From assembly GCA_036396655.1 (NCBI GenBank), contig DASWKK010000138.1, forward strand, positions 11,385-75,384: 64,000 nucleotides of DNA, read 5' to 3'. This stretch comes from Acidimicrobiia bacterium. GTDB taxonomy: Bacteria; Actinomycetota; Acidimicrobiia; Spongiisociales; ZC4RG35. Positions 63,713 to 64,000 of the stretch are shown in pieces. Numbering within the stretch: position 1 is the first letter of the stretch; every line of letters begins with the position of its first letter. The translations under genes were made by a program, and so were the position numbers. The notes beneath the pieces are model-generated. The model searched no databases and had not been told where the DNA came from. It worked only from the letters and a program-made list of their open reading frames with translations.

Positions 63713-64000
63713 CTATTCGATGAGGGTTGCCTTTCTCCAACCGCGGACCGCATTGGTGACGGCAAGCTCGTCGGACCGGCGTAGGTCGTCGATGGTCAGG
63801 ACCCGTTCGACCACCCCCCGCTGGGAGAGGGCGAGGTCCCTTGCGATCCCGGGCAAGAGCCCTGAGGACAGCGGCGGCGTGACCCACATTCCGTCGAGAT
63901 GAGCCATCACGTTGGAACGATTGGTCTCCGTCACCTCGCCGTCGAGGTTGACCATGAGCGCCTCGGAGTCGTCCCCACTGTCCGGATAGCGGGAACGATC
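63713..64000 (-). CDS. class IV aminotransferase-fold protein, C-terminal part (partial, runs off the window)
   Basis: Frame open to the window edge. ...LNLDGEVTETNRSNV..........P....LPGI.R pattern of branched-chain aminotransferase / ADC lyase family. Confidence 0.55.
   Translation of the reverse strand, partial: DRSRYPDSGDDSEALMVNLDGEVTETNRSNVMAHLDGMWVTPPLSSGLLPGIARDLALSQRGVVERVLTIDDLRRSDELAVTNAVRGWRKATLIE

Noticed and set aside
1-64000. Search for tRNA, rRNA, tmRNA, IS elements, integrases, prophage or plasmid genes and toxin-antitoxin pairs.
   Set aside because: I saw no T-loop-like GGTTCGA(A/G)TCC outside coding context, no rRNA-like stretches, and no transposase, integrase, capsid or terminase motifs in any frame. 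The window looks like core chromosome. This was a by-eye scan, so small RNAs could have been missed.

Overview
GC-rich (mid-60s % by eye, not computed), gene-dense chromosomal segment with about 75 coding regions on both strands. Many gene pairs have 1-4 nt stop/start overlaps, so most genes sit in operons. The gene content looks actinobacterial (inference only): NrdJ with NrdR-type boxes, Lgt, a PspC/LiaF-like module, an RsiG-like protein, exoproteins with Thr/Pro linkers, and a TTGTCCACA box. I found no rRNA, tRNA, CRISPR array, transposase, integrase or prophage. The only clear mobile element is a 430-codon intein carrying a LAGLIDADG homing endonuclease inside the class II ribonucleotide reductase gene. 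Recognisable modules: a fluoride riboswitch with two crcB genes and a DUF190 gene; an SQR-like / TusE-DsrC / DsrE operon facing a sulfite-oxidase-family gene; 2-oxoacid dehydrogenase E1 alpha/beta; an OmpR/HK pair; 2-hydroxyacid oxidases with a rhodanese; ABC-2 permease with two ATPases and TetR; a purine salvage cluster. Most worth a second look: (1) a 1059-aa DUF4062 / class III cyclase / STAND NTPase / TPR protein; (2) a second, paralogous non-canonical cyclase fused to a small phage-like N-terminal module, in an operon with an orphan 250-aa ORF; (3) a translationally coupled PadR / HAAS-type membrane protein / stand-alone Toprim operon; (4) an RsiG-like coiled-coil protein with two c-di-GMP-type signature motifs; (5) a MoaD/ThiS beta-grasp fused to a polytopic membrane domain; (6) a bacterial Clp1-like polynucleotide kinase; (7) phased DnaA boxes between convergent genes. 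All domain calls come from reading motifs by eye. No database search was run.
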